A stretch of 64,000 nt of DNA from the NCBI GenBank assembly GCA_965226795.1, contig CBDDDZ010000002.1:32001-96000 (forward strand). The letters are read 5' to 3'. Source of the stretch: Candidatus Latescibacterota bacterium (GTDB lineage Bacteria > Latescibacterota > UBA2968 > GCA-2709665). A program made the position numbers and the translations under genes. Within the stretch, counting starts at the first letter, position 1. Each line of letters opens with the position of its first letter. Positions 9,601 to 17,852 of this stretch are shown piece by piece. The notes under the pieces were generated by a model that was given only the letters and a program-made list of their open reading frames with translations, was not told the DNA's origin and searched no databases.

Positions 9601-9968
9601 AAGGCCAGGCCGATCAGCGCAAAATTACACGCCTCATCGCGCAACATATGCCCCGCGCCTGCCTCGAAACCGATAAATACGGGGCCCGCGCCAACCAGTT
9701 CCAGAAACGCGAAGACCACCACCACCGCGCTGATTGCCTTCCCCAGGAACTGCCGCCGCGCGGATGATATTCCGTTACGCAGCAGCCACAGCGCGACGCC
9801 GGCCAGTACGAACATCCCAGCCGTCAGCAGAGACATCCATTCAGCGACAGGGGCGTTGACCAGCCATCCGAACAGAACCAACAGGGATAACAGAACAACC
9901 GCCAGATTCGCCGTTTGCGCGGCTATCGCGGCCAGACGCACCAGACGAGGGTCGGCATAATCGTCCAT
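6696..9968 (-). CDS. Membrane-bound hybrid sensor histidine kinase (TM region-PAS-HisKA-HATPase-REC-REC-HPt)
   Basis: H-box FLANMSHEIRTPMNG, NLVDNAIKFT, DTGIGI, GGTGLGL, receiver motifs FFLDAMMP and ILMDIQMP, HPt AAHTLKGSA, PAS VHPEDR. Confidence 0.95.
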   Translation of the reverse strand: MDDYADPRLVRLAAIAAQTANLAVVLLSLLVLFGWLVNAPVAEWMSLLTAGMFVLAGVALWLLRNGISSARRQFLGKAISAVVVVFAFLELVGAGPVFIGFEAGAGHMLRDEACNFALIGLALFLWQFKIRGSAWPALTCLSVASIVSIGYAIGHFYLTLSPREVTWDIQMSAVTTLTFGLLCVGLFLSRPDLEPTTTIVSSTAGGSMARRLLPQAFLIPLALGWLWPYGEVILGFESGMSLFSLGVIVALNILIWWYARSLAYLDSERKRSEQALRESEARLKLAMEAAHMGSWDSNLLTGELVWSDLVAPLFGLKPEVFEGTREAFYELVHPEDRAMVRSAVRRTIREGVDFEVEHRVVWPEGTVRWLGNKGRVFGDSAEQYVHMIGTVRDITLRKRTEIQLQEKNRQLEKTAAAEREANEALKKSTVALERSGAELQKAKDAAEKANRAKSEFLANMSHEIRTPMNGIMGMTELLGNTELTPQQREYLKLSRQSSEALLALLNDILDFSKLEVDRLELEAIGFDLRDTLGDTVQTLAVKATQNRLELACHIAPEVPDRLVGDPGRLRQIVINLVDNAIKFTEKGDVLVDVKVDAREEEKLCLRFFVRDTGIGIAPEDRPIIFDSFSQVDSSTSRRFGGTGLGLAISSQLATMMGGRMWVESAPDKGSTFYFTALFEAQPQPAKRSAADLQTLVGLRALVVDNNRTNRFIFEEMLGTWGMKIDVADSGPAALETLREAGDADSPFHLFFLDAMMPDMDGFALAERIRRDPDVKEVPILILSSAGRTNDAVRCDALGLARCLTKPVKQSDLLDATLAALEVSVVEPVDIAKIAEPLPPADRRRVLLAEDGMVNRKVIVDLLEPRGHQVTAVTNGKEVLTALENDTFDLILMDIQMPEMDGLEATRIIRERERSSGEHIRIAAMTAHVMQGDRERCLEQGMDDYLPKPIRAGHLYDVVETNGSSDGESRAEPGVGSDALDWQGALDQVGGNEALLGELAGLFVTEYGKHIEEMKRAIRHGDGTLLRRAAHTLKGSAAVFHAEPAMEAALRLETMARDGDLEDVDKALAALERAADELLPALKEKAVALIT

Positions 9969-9979
9969 TTCAGACCTTC

Positions 9980-11644
9980 CTACGGGAAGATACCCCTCAG
10001 GAGTTTCGCCTGAGTCACGCGGTGGATTCCTTCAATCAGCGCTGCAGTTCGTATATCCAGCCCATCGCGTTCGGACCGCTGCATCGTCCGTCGGAACGCG
10101 TGGAGCATTATCTGTCTGAGTCGTTCGTTGATCTCCTCGAGCGTCCACATATAATTCTGCGTATCCTGCACCCACTCGAAATAGGAAACCGTAACGCCCC
10201 CGGCGTTGCCGAGCACGTCCGGCAGAATGAACACGCCCTTTTCCATCAGGATCTCATCCGCTTCCAGAGACGTGGGCCCGTTGGCGCCCTCGGCCAGAAT
10301 TCTGCACCGGATCCGTTCGGCATTGTCCGCGGTGATCTGATTCTGCATGGCTGCGGGGACAAGGACATCGCACGGTATCTCGAGCAGTTCCTGATTGCTC
10401 ACGGCATCTCCGCCGGCGTAACCTTCCAGAAACCGGTTTTCTTCCACGTGTTGGAGCAGCGAATCCACCGACAGGCCGTCGGGATTGTAAATTCCGGTTG
10501 TGACATCGCTCACGCCAAGCAGCCTGACCCCACAGGCCTCCAGAAACCGTGCCGCATTGCTCCCGACGTTTCCAAAACCCTGTACCACAGCCGTCGCATG
10601 TCGCAAGTCCAACCGGATATGGTTGGCCGCCTCCTCCACCATGTATACAAGCCCTCGCCCCGTGGCCTCGCGACGACCCTCGGAGCCGCCCAGCACCACC
10701 GGCTTGCCGGTCACGACCGCCGGCACGGTATGTCCCATCTGGTGGCTGTACGTGTCCATCATCCAGGCCATCACATGCTCGTCAGTGCCCATGTCCGGTG
10801 CCGGGATATCCTTTTGCGGCCCGATAACGTCGATAATCTCCGACGTATACCTGCGAGTCAGGCGCTGCAGTTCGTGCCGCGAAAGTACGGTCGGGTCAAT
10901 TCGCACGCCGCCTTTTGCGCCGCCGAACGGCAAATTCATCAATGCACACTTCCACGTCATCCACATTGCCAGGGCGGATACCTCGCCCAGATTCACATCC
11001 TGATGATAGCGCACGCCGCCCTTCGTGGGGCCCATCGTCAACACATGCTGAATCCGGTATCCGGCGACCGTCTCCACATATTCGTGTTCATCCCGCCGGA
11101 ACGGAAAGGTCACCACATGGGTACGCTGTGGGAACAACAGCCGCTGGCGGATGTTGTCATCCAGTTCCATCAACTGCGCCGCCTTCAAAAACTGGCGCTG
11201 CGCCAGCCGGAACATCGGCGACTCCCATTCGGCGTGTAGTGCCCGGCTGCGTTCTACGGCGTATCGGATCGACCTCACCAGGAGAGGGCCGTTCAATTTG
11301 GATTTCACAAGATAATCCTGCGCCCCCGCCTCAACCGCCCGCGCCGCCAGTTTGATATCCTTCAGGCTGGACAGAATGACCACAGGCAAATCCGGATATG
11401 CCGCGCGTACACGGAAATACGTGTCCAGGTCCTCGCTGTCGGGCAGCACCAGGTCCAGCAGCAGCACTTCGTATCCGTCCGCAGCAAGCCGGTTCAGCCC
11501 TTCCGCGAGCGTATCCGCCGCATCCACCTCGAATACCGGGCCCGCGGATTCAGCGAGCAATTCTCGAATCAGCCGCGTGTGCAGCGGATTGTCTTCAATC
11601 AACAACGATTTCAGGTTTGTCGCTGGCATGGCTCCATGTTCCAT
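9980..11644 (-). CDS. Response-regulator receiver domain fused to a Glu/Leu/Phe/Val (glutamate) dehydrogenase
   Basis: REC: LLIEDNP, LLLDLVLPD, VILSS, DYLVK. GDH: KGGVRY, MTWKCA, GGAKGG, DIPAPDMGT, VTGKP, GFGNVG, EGANGP, NAGGVTVSYFEW. Start may be 11629. Confidence 0.93.
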   Translation of the reverse strand: MEHGAMPATNLKSLLIEDNPLHTRLIRELLAESAGPVFEVDAADTLAEGLNRLAADGYEVLLLDLVLPDSEDLDTYFRVRAAYPDLPVVILSSLKDIKLAARAVEAGAQDYLVKSKLNGPLLVRSIRYAVERSRALHAEWESPMFRLAQRQFLKAAQLMELDDNIRQRLLFPQRTHVVTFPFRRDEHEYVETVAGYRIQHVLTMGPTKGGVRYHQDVNLGEVSALAMWMTWKCALMNLPFGGAKGGVRIDPTVLSRHELQRLTRRYTSEIIDVIGPQKDIPAPDMGTDEHVMAWMMDTYSHQMGHTVPAVVTGKPVVLGGSEGRREATGRGLVYMVEEAANHIRLDLRHATAVVQGFGNVGSNAARFLEACGVRLLGVSDVTTGIYNPDGLSVDSLLQHVEENRFLEGYAGGDAVSNQELLEIPCDVLVPAAMQNQITADNAERIRCRILAEGANGPTSLEADEILMEKGVFILPDVLGNAGGVTVSYFEWVQDTQNYMWTLEEINERLRQIMLHAFRRTMQRSERDGLDIRTAALIEGIHRVTQAKLLRGIFP

Positions 11645-11687
11645 TCAATTTGATGCGCGATTAAGGTTCGACCAGGGTACTATCGAA

Positions 11688-11716
11688 TATTTAGCCCGAT
11701 TGCCTATTTGTGTCAA
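11688..11716 (-). promoter_or_regulatory. Candidate sigma70 promoter for the REC-GDH/kinase operon
   Basis: TTGACA-N17-TAAATA on the minus strand; the -10 is imperfect. Confidence 0.4.
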
Positions 11717-11869
11717 GCCCAAAGCGCCCCATGAGACGTTTTTTTGCAATTCGGCCGGGTATTTCCTGGAGAATCGGGTCGGGATTCTCAGGGATCCCGC
11801 CCTCGTTTCGTCACGCAACCGATCCGGAGGATTTCCACGGTAGAGCCATCTCCTGTTGCGGGCTATCCG

Positions 11870-12838
11870 TCACCTGCGCTCGCGTCGCAGATCCAGCCAG
11901 TCCAGTTCCTCCGGCGAAAGCCGGATGTCCATGGCCTCCTGGTTCAGACGGCTTTCCTCGACCGACCTGCAGCCGGCCAGCGTGAAGGTGTTCAGCGGTT
12001 GATTGAAAAGGAACGCGAGCGCGATCTGCGCCACCGTCTTTCCGCGCTCGCTGGCGAGTTCGATCGCGCGGTCCAGCCGACTGAAGTTCTCCTCGTATCC
12101 GTAGACCTGCACGCAGCCCTCCGGCATCTCGTTCCCCATCTCTGAAATGTTTCCGCGTGTCAAGCGCCCGGAAAAAAAGCCCTGCGCCAGGCTGGACCAT
12201 GTAAATACCGGCATCTGCGATTGCCGGTACCAGGCGCGCTCCTCGGCCCCCCGGGGTCCGGAGATACTCAGACAACCCTCCCAGATTTCCTCCTTACGCA
12301 CGGCCAGGCTGAAATTCGGACTGCTGGCGACAAATGGCATCAGGCCGTGATTCCGTGCATACAAATTGGCTTCAAGGATGCGATTCACCGACCAGTTGGA
12401 TCCGCCGAAGGCGCGGATGCGCCCTTCGGACGTGTGCTCGTTCAGCGCCTCCACGAGCGGCCCCACCGGCACCCCGGGATCGTCCCGATGAAGCAGGTAG
12501 AGGTCGATGTAATCGGTTTTGAGCCGCGCGAGGGAATCGAACAGGTCGGACGCGATGTCGAACACCGTCACCCGACGGCGGTCCGCATTGTGATGGCCGC
12601 CTTTGCTCAGTATGAATACGTCGCTACGATTACCCCGCAGATCCATCCAGGCGCCCAGCGTCCGTTCCGCCTCTCCGTTTCCATATATCTGCGCGGTATC
12701 GAAACTGTTGCATCCCAGCGCCCGGATCCCGTCAAGAAACTCGATGTTCGCCTCCAGGTCGTCCGTCGACAGCATCAACGTGCCCTGAACGAGCCGGGAT
12801 ACCGGTTTGTCAATCCCCTCGACACGTCCATACTTCAT
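11870..12838 (-). CDS. Aldo/keto reductase
   Basis: FDTAQIYG, SKGG, DYIDLYLLHRDD, GGSNW. Start set at MKYG after a GGAGG RBS. Confidence 0.92.
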   Translation of the reverse strand: MKYGRVEGIDKPVSRLVQGTLMLSTDDLEANIEFLDGIRALGCNSFDTAQIYGNGEAERTLGAWMDLRGNRSDVFILSKGGHHNADRRRVTVFDIASDLFDSLARLKTDYIDLYLLHRDDPGVPVGPLVEALNEHTSEGRIRAFGGSNWSVNRILEANLYARNHGLMPFVASSPNFSLAVRKEEIWEGCLSISGPRGAEERAWYRQSQMPVFTWSSLAQGFFSGRLTRGNISEMGNEMPEGCVQVYGYEENFSRLDRAIELASERGKTVAQIALAFLFNQPLNTFTLAGCRSVEESRLNQEAMDIRLSPEELDWLDLRRERR

Positions 12839-12939
12839 CGAATCCTCCATATTATATGTAGTATATCCATATTATAAAAGCTATGCATCGCGTCGTTTAT
12901 CCTCTCCGCCGCCCGTCCGGATCACTGTGAGAGGCCATT

Positions 12940-13932
12940 CTACGGACATTCTATGGGGAATTTCAGCCCTATCCGATCACGAACCGTATCCATCGTACCC
13001 ATAATCGCAACGGTCTCATCCAGCGTAATGACGTCGCTTTCCAGTTTCCCGTCACGCAAATAACGGCCCACCGCTTCCGCCTGGCAGTTGTAACCATTCC
13101 CGTCGTGCCCTCGTTCGACCACCGTCTCCGTGCCGTTTCTCACCAGCGACGCCGTCGTCCCCCGCCAGAACGGCGGATGAATGCGGATCATCCCTTTTCT
13201 GCCCATAATGAAAGCGCAGTGAGGCGTGCTGCATTGGATCGACGTATACAGCAGGGCCATCTCTCCGGTATCGTACCCGAGCATGATCCCGGCCTGTTCG
13301 TCCACCGCCATTTCGCCGATATGCGCCATGCTCAACACGTGCGACGGCTGTCGCTGGAACACCATGGACGCGAACGACAGCGTATAGATGCCCACGTCCA
13401 TCAGCGCCCCGCCGCCCAGGGCCGGATCATAGAGGCGAGACTTTGTCGTGCCGGGACTGGATCCGAAACCGAAATCCGCCGAAACCATACGGACTTCGCC
13501 GATCGCGTCGTCGCGCAGCCACCGCCTTACCTGGTACATGATCGGCAGGAAGCGCGTCCACATGGCCTCCATCAGAAAAAGGCCTTCTTCTCGCGCAACC
13601 GCAACGACTTCCGCGGCCTCCGAACGACTTATCGCAAAGGGCTTCTCGCACAATACCGCTTTTCCCGCCCTTAGACACAGGATACTGTTCTCCTTGTGGA
13701 GTGAATGCGGGGTGGCAACGTAAATGACGTCCACGTCCGGATCGTCAGCCAGATCCGCGTAGCTCGGGTGTCGCCGCGGAATGCCGAATTCATCTCCGAA
13801 CGCATCCGCCGCCCGCTGTGTCCGCGAACCCACGGCAACCGGTTCCGCGTCCGGAACCGCTTCGAGACCCTTAACGAACGACCTTGCAATGGACCCCGTG
13901 CTCAGTATGCCCCATCGAACGCTGTCACCCAT
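12940..13932 (-). CDS. Gfo/Idh/MocA family oxidoreductase
   Basis: WGILSTGSIA, VLCEKPF, MEAMWTRFLP, GGGALMDVGIY. Confidence 0.93.
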   Translation of the reverse strand: MGDSVRWGILSTGSIARSFVKGLEAVPDAEPVAVGSRTQRAADAFGDEFGIPRRHPSYADLADDPDVDVIYVATPHSLHKENSILCLRAGKAVLCEKPFAISRSEAAEVVAVAREEGLFLMEAMWTRFLPIMYQVRRWLRDDAIGEVRMVSADFGFGSSPGTTKSRLYDPALGGGALMDVGIYTLSFASMVFQRQPSHVLSMAHIGEMAVDEQAGIMLGYDTGEMALLYTSIQCSTPHCAFIMGRKGMIRIHPPFWRGTTASLVRNGTETVVERGHDGNGYNCQAEAVGRYLRDGKLESDVITLDETVAIMGTMDTVRDRIGLKFPIECP

Positions 13933-13985
13933 CTCTTCTTCCTCACTGTAATTTCAAGGCACCACGACGGTTTGAACCCCAACGA

Positions 13986-15821
13986 TCATCCCTCGTCGCC
14001 CGCGGGCAGTACGCGGGGCAACAGCATCTCCAGCTGCGCCAGCGGCTCCTCCATGCTGCGGATCGCCTGCACCCAGAAGTCCGGCTGTTCAAGGTTGCTG
14101 CCGATGCTTCGTTTCGCCACGTTTTCAGCTGTGTCGCTGCCCGTTAAACGCAGAAACCTCTCGTACCGGGGCAGGAAATCCGGACCTTCCTTCTTGAACG
14201 TCGCAAACAGACCCCGGCTCAACAGATAGCCGAATGTATAAGGGAAATTGTAAAACGTGACTCCCGTAATGTAGAAATGCAGCTTGGATGCCCAGAAATA
14301 GGGATCCTCGCCCCCCTCCTGAAGCACGTCGCCGAATACACCCCGCTGCTTTTCGGTCATCAGCGCTTTCAACTGAGATACGCTCAGTTCTCCGCTGCCG
14401 CGCTCTTCGTAAAGCGCCTTTTCAAATTCGAACCGCACCGGAATGTCCATGAGATAGGCGCCGGCGTGGCCCACCTCCGAATCCAGAACCACGGCCTTTT
14501 GTAGATCATCCACGTCCGGGTCCGAAAGCACCCCGTCAGCCAGAATCATCTCCGCGAACGTGGACGCCGACTCCGCCAACGTCATCGGGTACCCCCGCGC
14601 AAACGGGCGCAAATCGCGCATCACGTGGCTGTGAAACGCGTGCCCCGCTTCGTGAGCCAGCGTCAGCGTATCGCCCATGGTCCGGTTGTACGTCATAAAA
14701 ATCCGCGACTCCGAAATCATCGCCGATCCGGTACAGAAACCGCCCGGGCGTTTTCCCGCGCGCGGTTCGTAGTCGATCCACCGCCTGTCGTACATGTCCT
14801 GCGTGAACTCCCCCAGGGCCGGATAGGCCCTGGCAAACGCACCCTGCACCAGGCATTTTCCTTCGTCCCAATCCATCGGCGAGACATCGGGAAAGGGCAG
14901 CGGCGCTCCGAGGTCGAACCAGGCCACCTTTTCCACGCCCATCGCCTTCGCCCTGAAACGCAGGATCCGGCGCCCGACCTCGATTTCCGAAAATATCGCT
15001 TCGAACATCGCATCCAGCGTCTTCCTCGTAATGGCGGACTGGAACAGGGCTACCTGCAGAAAATGCGGGACCTCCCGGTACTTGTTCAACGTGAGTCGCG
15101 TGCCGGATATCGCATTCAATGCGGCCGCCGTTACGTCTTCAACGCTTTCCCAGGCGGCGTTGCCCCCCTCGAATGCTGCCCGCCGGATCCGACGGTCCGG
15201 ACTCTCCATCAACGACCGCCGCTGCGAAATCGGCATTTTTTCGGTGCGTTCATCCGGAAACCGCATTTCGAACTCCAGCTTTCCGGACAGCGTGTCATAA
15301 AGCCGTCCCCACGCGGAGATACCGTCCACCCGCAGGTCGGCCGCGAGCGCCTCGCGCTCCGAATCCATCGTATACCGCGCCTCCCGGCGCATCCGCCCAA
15401 GGAAATAACCGGCGTCCGAAAGCGCCTCCCGGCCGGCGAGCGCCTGGAAGCTGGCGTCGGGAGCCGTCTTCAAACCCCGCAATAGCTCGGTCTGCAGCTT
15501 GGAGCACTCGGCGTATTGCAGCGTCAGGGCGGCTTCCTCCTTCAAATACGCCTCGTTACGCGCATCTGCCGCCGTCAGACATCCCACGTACGATCCGAGG
15601 TGGCGCAGCCGCGTGAAGAGATTCTCGCTTCGGAGGAAGATGTCCTCCCACGTATCGACATTGTCATCGGCCAGCGGCGGCAGCGCCCTCGCCTGAGCCA
15701 ACAGATCCTGCGTATCCCTCTCCAGGGTTTTCTTGAACTGCGCCATCTCCGGCCCGTTGAACGCCGGGAAATAGCTCGTCAGATCCCAGTTCATCTCCTG
15801 CTCGGCATCCGTCTTTACCAT
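13986..15821 (-). CDS. M3B family oligoendopeptidase F
   Basis: TLAHEAGHAFH zinc motif, LAESASTFAE, GKRPGGFC, HFY..FYNFPYTFG. Confidence 0.92.
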   Translation of the reverse strand: MVKTDAEQEMNWDLTSYFPAFNGPEMAQFKKTLERDTQDLLAQARALPPLADDNVDTWEDIFLRSENLFTRLRHLGSYVGCLTAADARNEAYLKEEAALTLQYAECSKLQTELLRGLKTAPDASFQALAGREALSDAGYFLGRMRREARYTMDSEREALAADLRVDGISAWGRLYDTLSGKLEFEMRFPDERTEKMPISQRRSLMESPDRRIRRAAFEGGNAAWESVEDVTAAALNAISGTRLTLNKYREVPHFLQVALFQSAITRKTLDAMFEAIFSEIEVGRRILRFRAKAMGVEKVAWFDLGAPLPFPDVSPMDWDEGKCLVQGAFARAYPALGEFTQDMYDRRWIDYEPRAGKRPGGFCTGSAMISESRIFMTYNRTMGDTLTLAHEAGHAFHSHVMRDLRPFARGYPMTLAESASTFAEMILADGVLSDPDVDDLQKAVVLDSEVGHAGAYLMDIPVRFEFEKALYEERGSGELSVSQLKALMTEKQRGVFGDVLQEGGEDPYFWASKLHFYITGVTFYNFPYTFGYLLSRGLFATFKKEGPDFLPRYERFLRLTGSDTAENVAKRSIGSNLEQPDFWVQAIRSMEEPLAQLEMLLPRVLPAGDEG

Positions 15822-15830
15822 GCGCTTTCC

Positions 15831-16967
15831 TCATGTTTTCGAGTCGAGTCCCAGAATCCTCGCGGTGGTCCCGCCCATAATCATCCTCAGGTCTGCGTCG
15901 CTCAATGTCTCGCAATACTTCTCAATCCATCGCCTGGACTGCCGATACGTACAGAACCGATTCTGAAACGGCATATCCGTACCCCAGTTCAGGTGATCCG
16001 CGCCCACATTGGCAACCATTGCCTCCAGTAACGGCCACACCTCCCGGTACGGAAAGTCGAACCAGTCTCCGATTCGCACCGGAAAGCAGACCTCAAGATT
16101 GCAATTCGGGTTTTCGAACGGCAACCAGATCTCCGGCGGCATCGGCAGAAATTCACCGTCCGAAACAAACGCGCGCCAGGGGAATCCGTGCGTCAGATTC
16201 ACAACCGTATCGGGATAGCGTTCCATCCAGCGGATCAACGTTTTTTGCTCGTCCAGATAGCCCTGGCGGGCGCCCTCCGGCGTCATTCGCCGGGTCACGT
16301 CCCCCGGCCCGGATCCCAGCGTGAAGAAAATCGGCACGCCAAACGACGTCGCCGCATCCCAGAACGGACGGCAGGATGCCGCATCCCACGGCTCGGTGGT
16401 GCCGAAATAGGCCGGTCGGGCGTTGAATTTGATCGCGTTGAGCCCAAGTTTCTGAATGGCTGTGTGGAGTTCCTGAATCACGGCATCCGTCTCTGTCCGG
16501 ATGCGCCACTCGTCCACGGGCGCCATGGACCGGAGCCGGTCCGGGTACAGTCGCACGCAATCGGCCAGGAATTCACTGTTGCGGGTCAGCATCGGATTCG
16601 TGTGGATTAGCGCCACGTCGACGCACGCGTAATCCATCTCCGCGACCAGGCTGTGTGGCGTATACTCCAGGTTCCGCAAATTGGGCGGATAGAACTGCTT
16701 GGTATAATCCTCTCCGTCGATCGTCCAGACCACGCGCCCTTTCTGTCTGTCCGCGCGAAAGTCCACATCGGGTAGTTTCCACGGGAACTCGTAAACCTGC
16801 GGGATCAATCCGTCCGAAGTCGCCGGCGCCCGGTCCCTCACGCGCCATGCCGGCTGATGGTGCAGGCCCTGAGCCTCCTGGATCCAACCCATATGCGCAT
16901 CGACGGTTTCGAAACCGGCCGGCGTATCCCCCGGCTCGAAACAATACGCGTGGGAATCGATTATCAT
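15831..16967 (-). CDS. Amidohydrolase family protein (Amidohydro_2-like)
   Basis: MIIDSHAY start, LTHGFP, WGTDMP, IMGGTTARIL. Confidence 0.8.
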   Translation of the reverse strand: MIIDSHAYCFEPGDTPAGFETVDAHMGWIQEAQGLHHQPAWRVRDRAPATSDGLIPQVYEFPWKLPDVDFRADRQKGRVVWTIDGEDYTKQFYPPNLRNLEYTPHSLVAEMDYACVDVALIHTNPMLTRNSEFLADCVRLYPDRLRSMAPVDEWRIRTETDAVIQELHTAIQKLGLNAIKFNARPAYFGTTEPWDAASCRPFWDAATSFGVPIFFTLGSGPGDVTRRMTPEGARQGYLDEQKTLIRWMERYPDTVVNLTHGFPWRAFVSDGEFLPMPPEIWLPFENPNCNLEVCFPVRIGDWFDFPYREVWPLLEAMVANVGADHLNWGTDMPFQNRFCTYRQSRRWIEKYCETLSDADLRMIMGGTTARILGLDSKT

Positions 16968-16980
16968 ATCTGCCTCCTGG

Positions 16981-17781
16981 CTACGCCGCGACCTGTTCGG
17001 GCATCAATGCGTCCTCTCCAAAGATCGTCGAGAATGAGGCCTTACGGCTTGACCGGGTTCGCGCGTCAATATAACATACGCTGAATGCCCGCCTGGCAAT
17101 ATCCATCCGGTTCACGCCGGACCGGTGCAGCAGCCAGTTGTGGAGAATCACGACCTCTCCGGGCTTCATCGTCAGGTCCACGATCCTGTCGTCGGGACAC
17201 AATTCCCGTTCCTGTTCCCCCGTAATGGTATGTCCCTGCTCGCTCAGAATCCCCAACTGATGCGAACCCGGCACCACCTGCACGCATCCATTCTCCGGTT
17301 TGGCCGGATCCAGCGCCGTCCAGACGGTGACCAGCGGGTCCCGATCCAGATGCCACGAACCCCCGCCGTCCTGATGCCAGGGCAGGTCGGAACCCTGTTG
17401 CGCCGGTTTGTTCATGAACATCGCCCGGAAACAGGCGATGGACGCATGGGCTCCGTAGACATACGCGCAGATTTCCCTGAAAATCGGCTTCTCCAAATAA
17501 GCGAGAAATAATGCATCGTACTCCAGTCCCTGAATCTTCCGATAACCCAGACTCGCGCCCTGATGGCCGATTCCTCCTCCCTTCACATCTTCATAATGGT
17601 CCGTGTTCGGATCCAGTTGCATCGTCAACCGTCCATATTCCAGCGGCGCCTCCCCCAGCATAATCTCGTCGATTCGCCGCTGCAACCCGGCCAGTTCCCC
17701 GCTGCTGCACTGCCTGCCGATTTTCAAAAACCCGTCCCGGTGGTAATTGCTCCACTGGTCCTGCGAAATCATCCGCTGCAT
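16981..17781 (-). CDS. Phytanoyl-CoA dioxygenase (PhyH) family Fe/2OG enzyme
   Basis: PWHQDG, WTALD, NGCVQVVPGSH, LHRSG.N. Start trimmed to MQRMIS after a GGGGG RBS. Confidence 0.88.
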   Translation of the reverse strand: MQRMISQDQWSNYHRDGFLKIGRQCSSGELAGLQRRIDEIMLGEAPLEYGRLTMQLDPNTDHYEDVKGGGIGHQGASLGYRKIQGLEYDALFLAYLEKPIFREICAYVYGAHASIACFRAMFMNKPAQQGSDLPWHQDGGGSWHLDRDPLVTVWTALDPAKPENGCVQVVPGSHQLGILSEQGHTITGEQERELCPDDRIVDLTMKPGEVVILHNWLLHRSGVNRMDIARRAFSVCYIDARTRSSRKASFSTIFGEDALMPEQVAA

Positions 17782-17852
17782 ATGGTTATCCCCCGCTGTT
17801 GTATAAAAATAACGGGCGCCCATGCGGTTGGCCCTGTGCCACACGGTCGACG

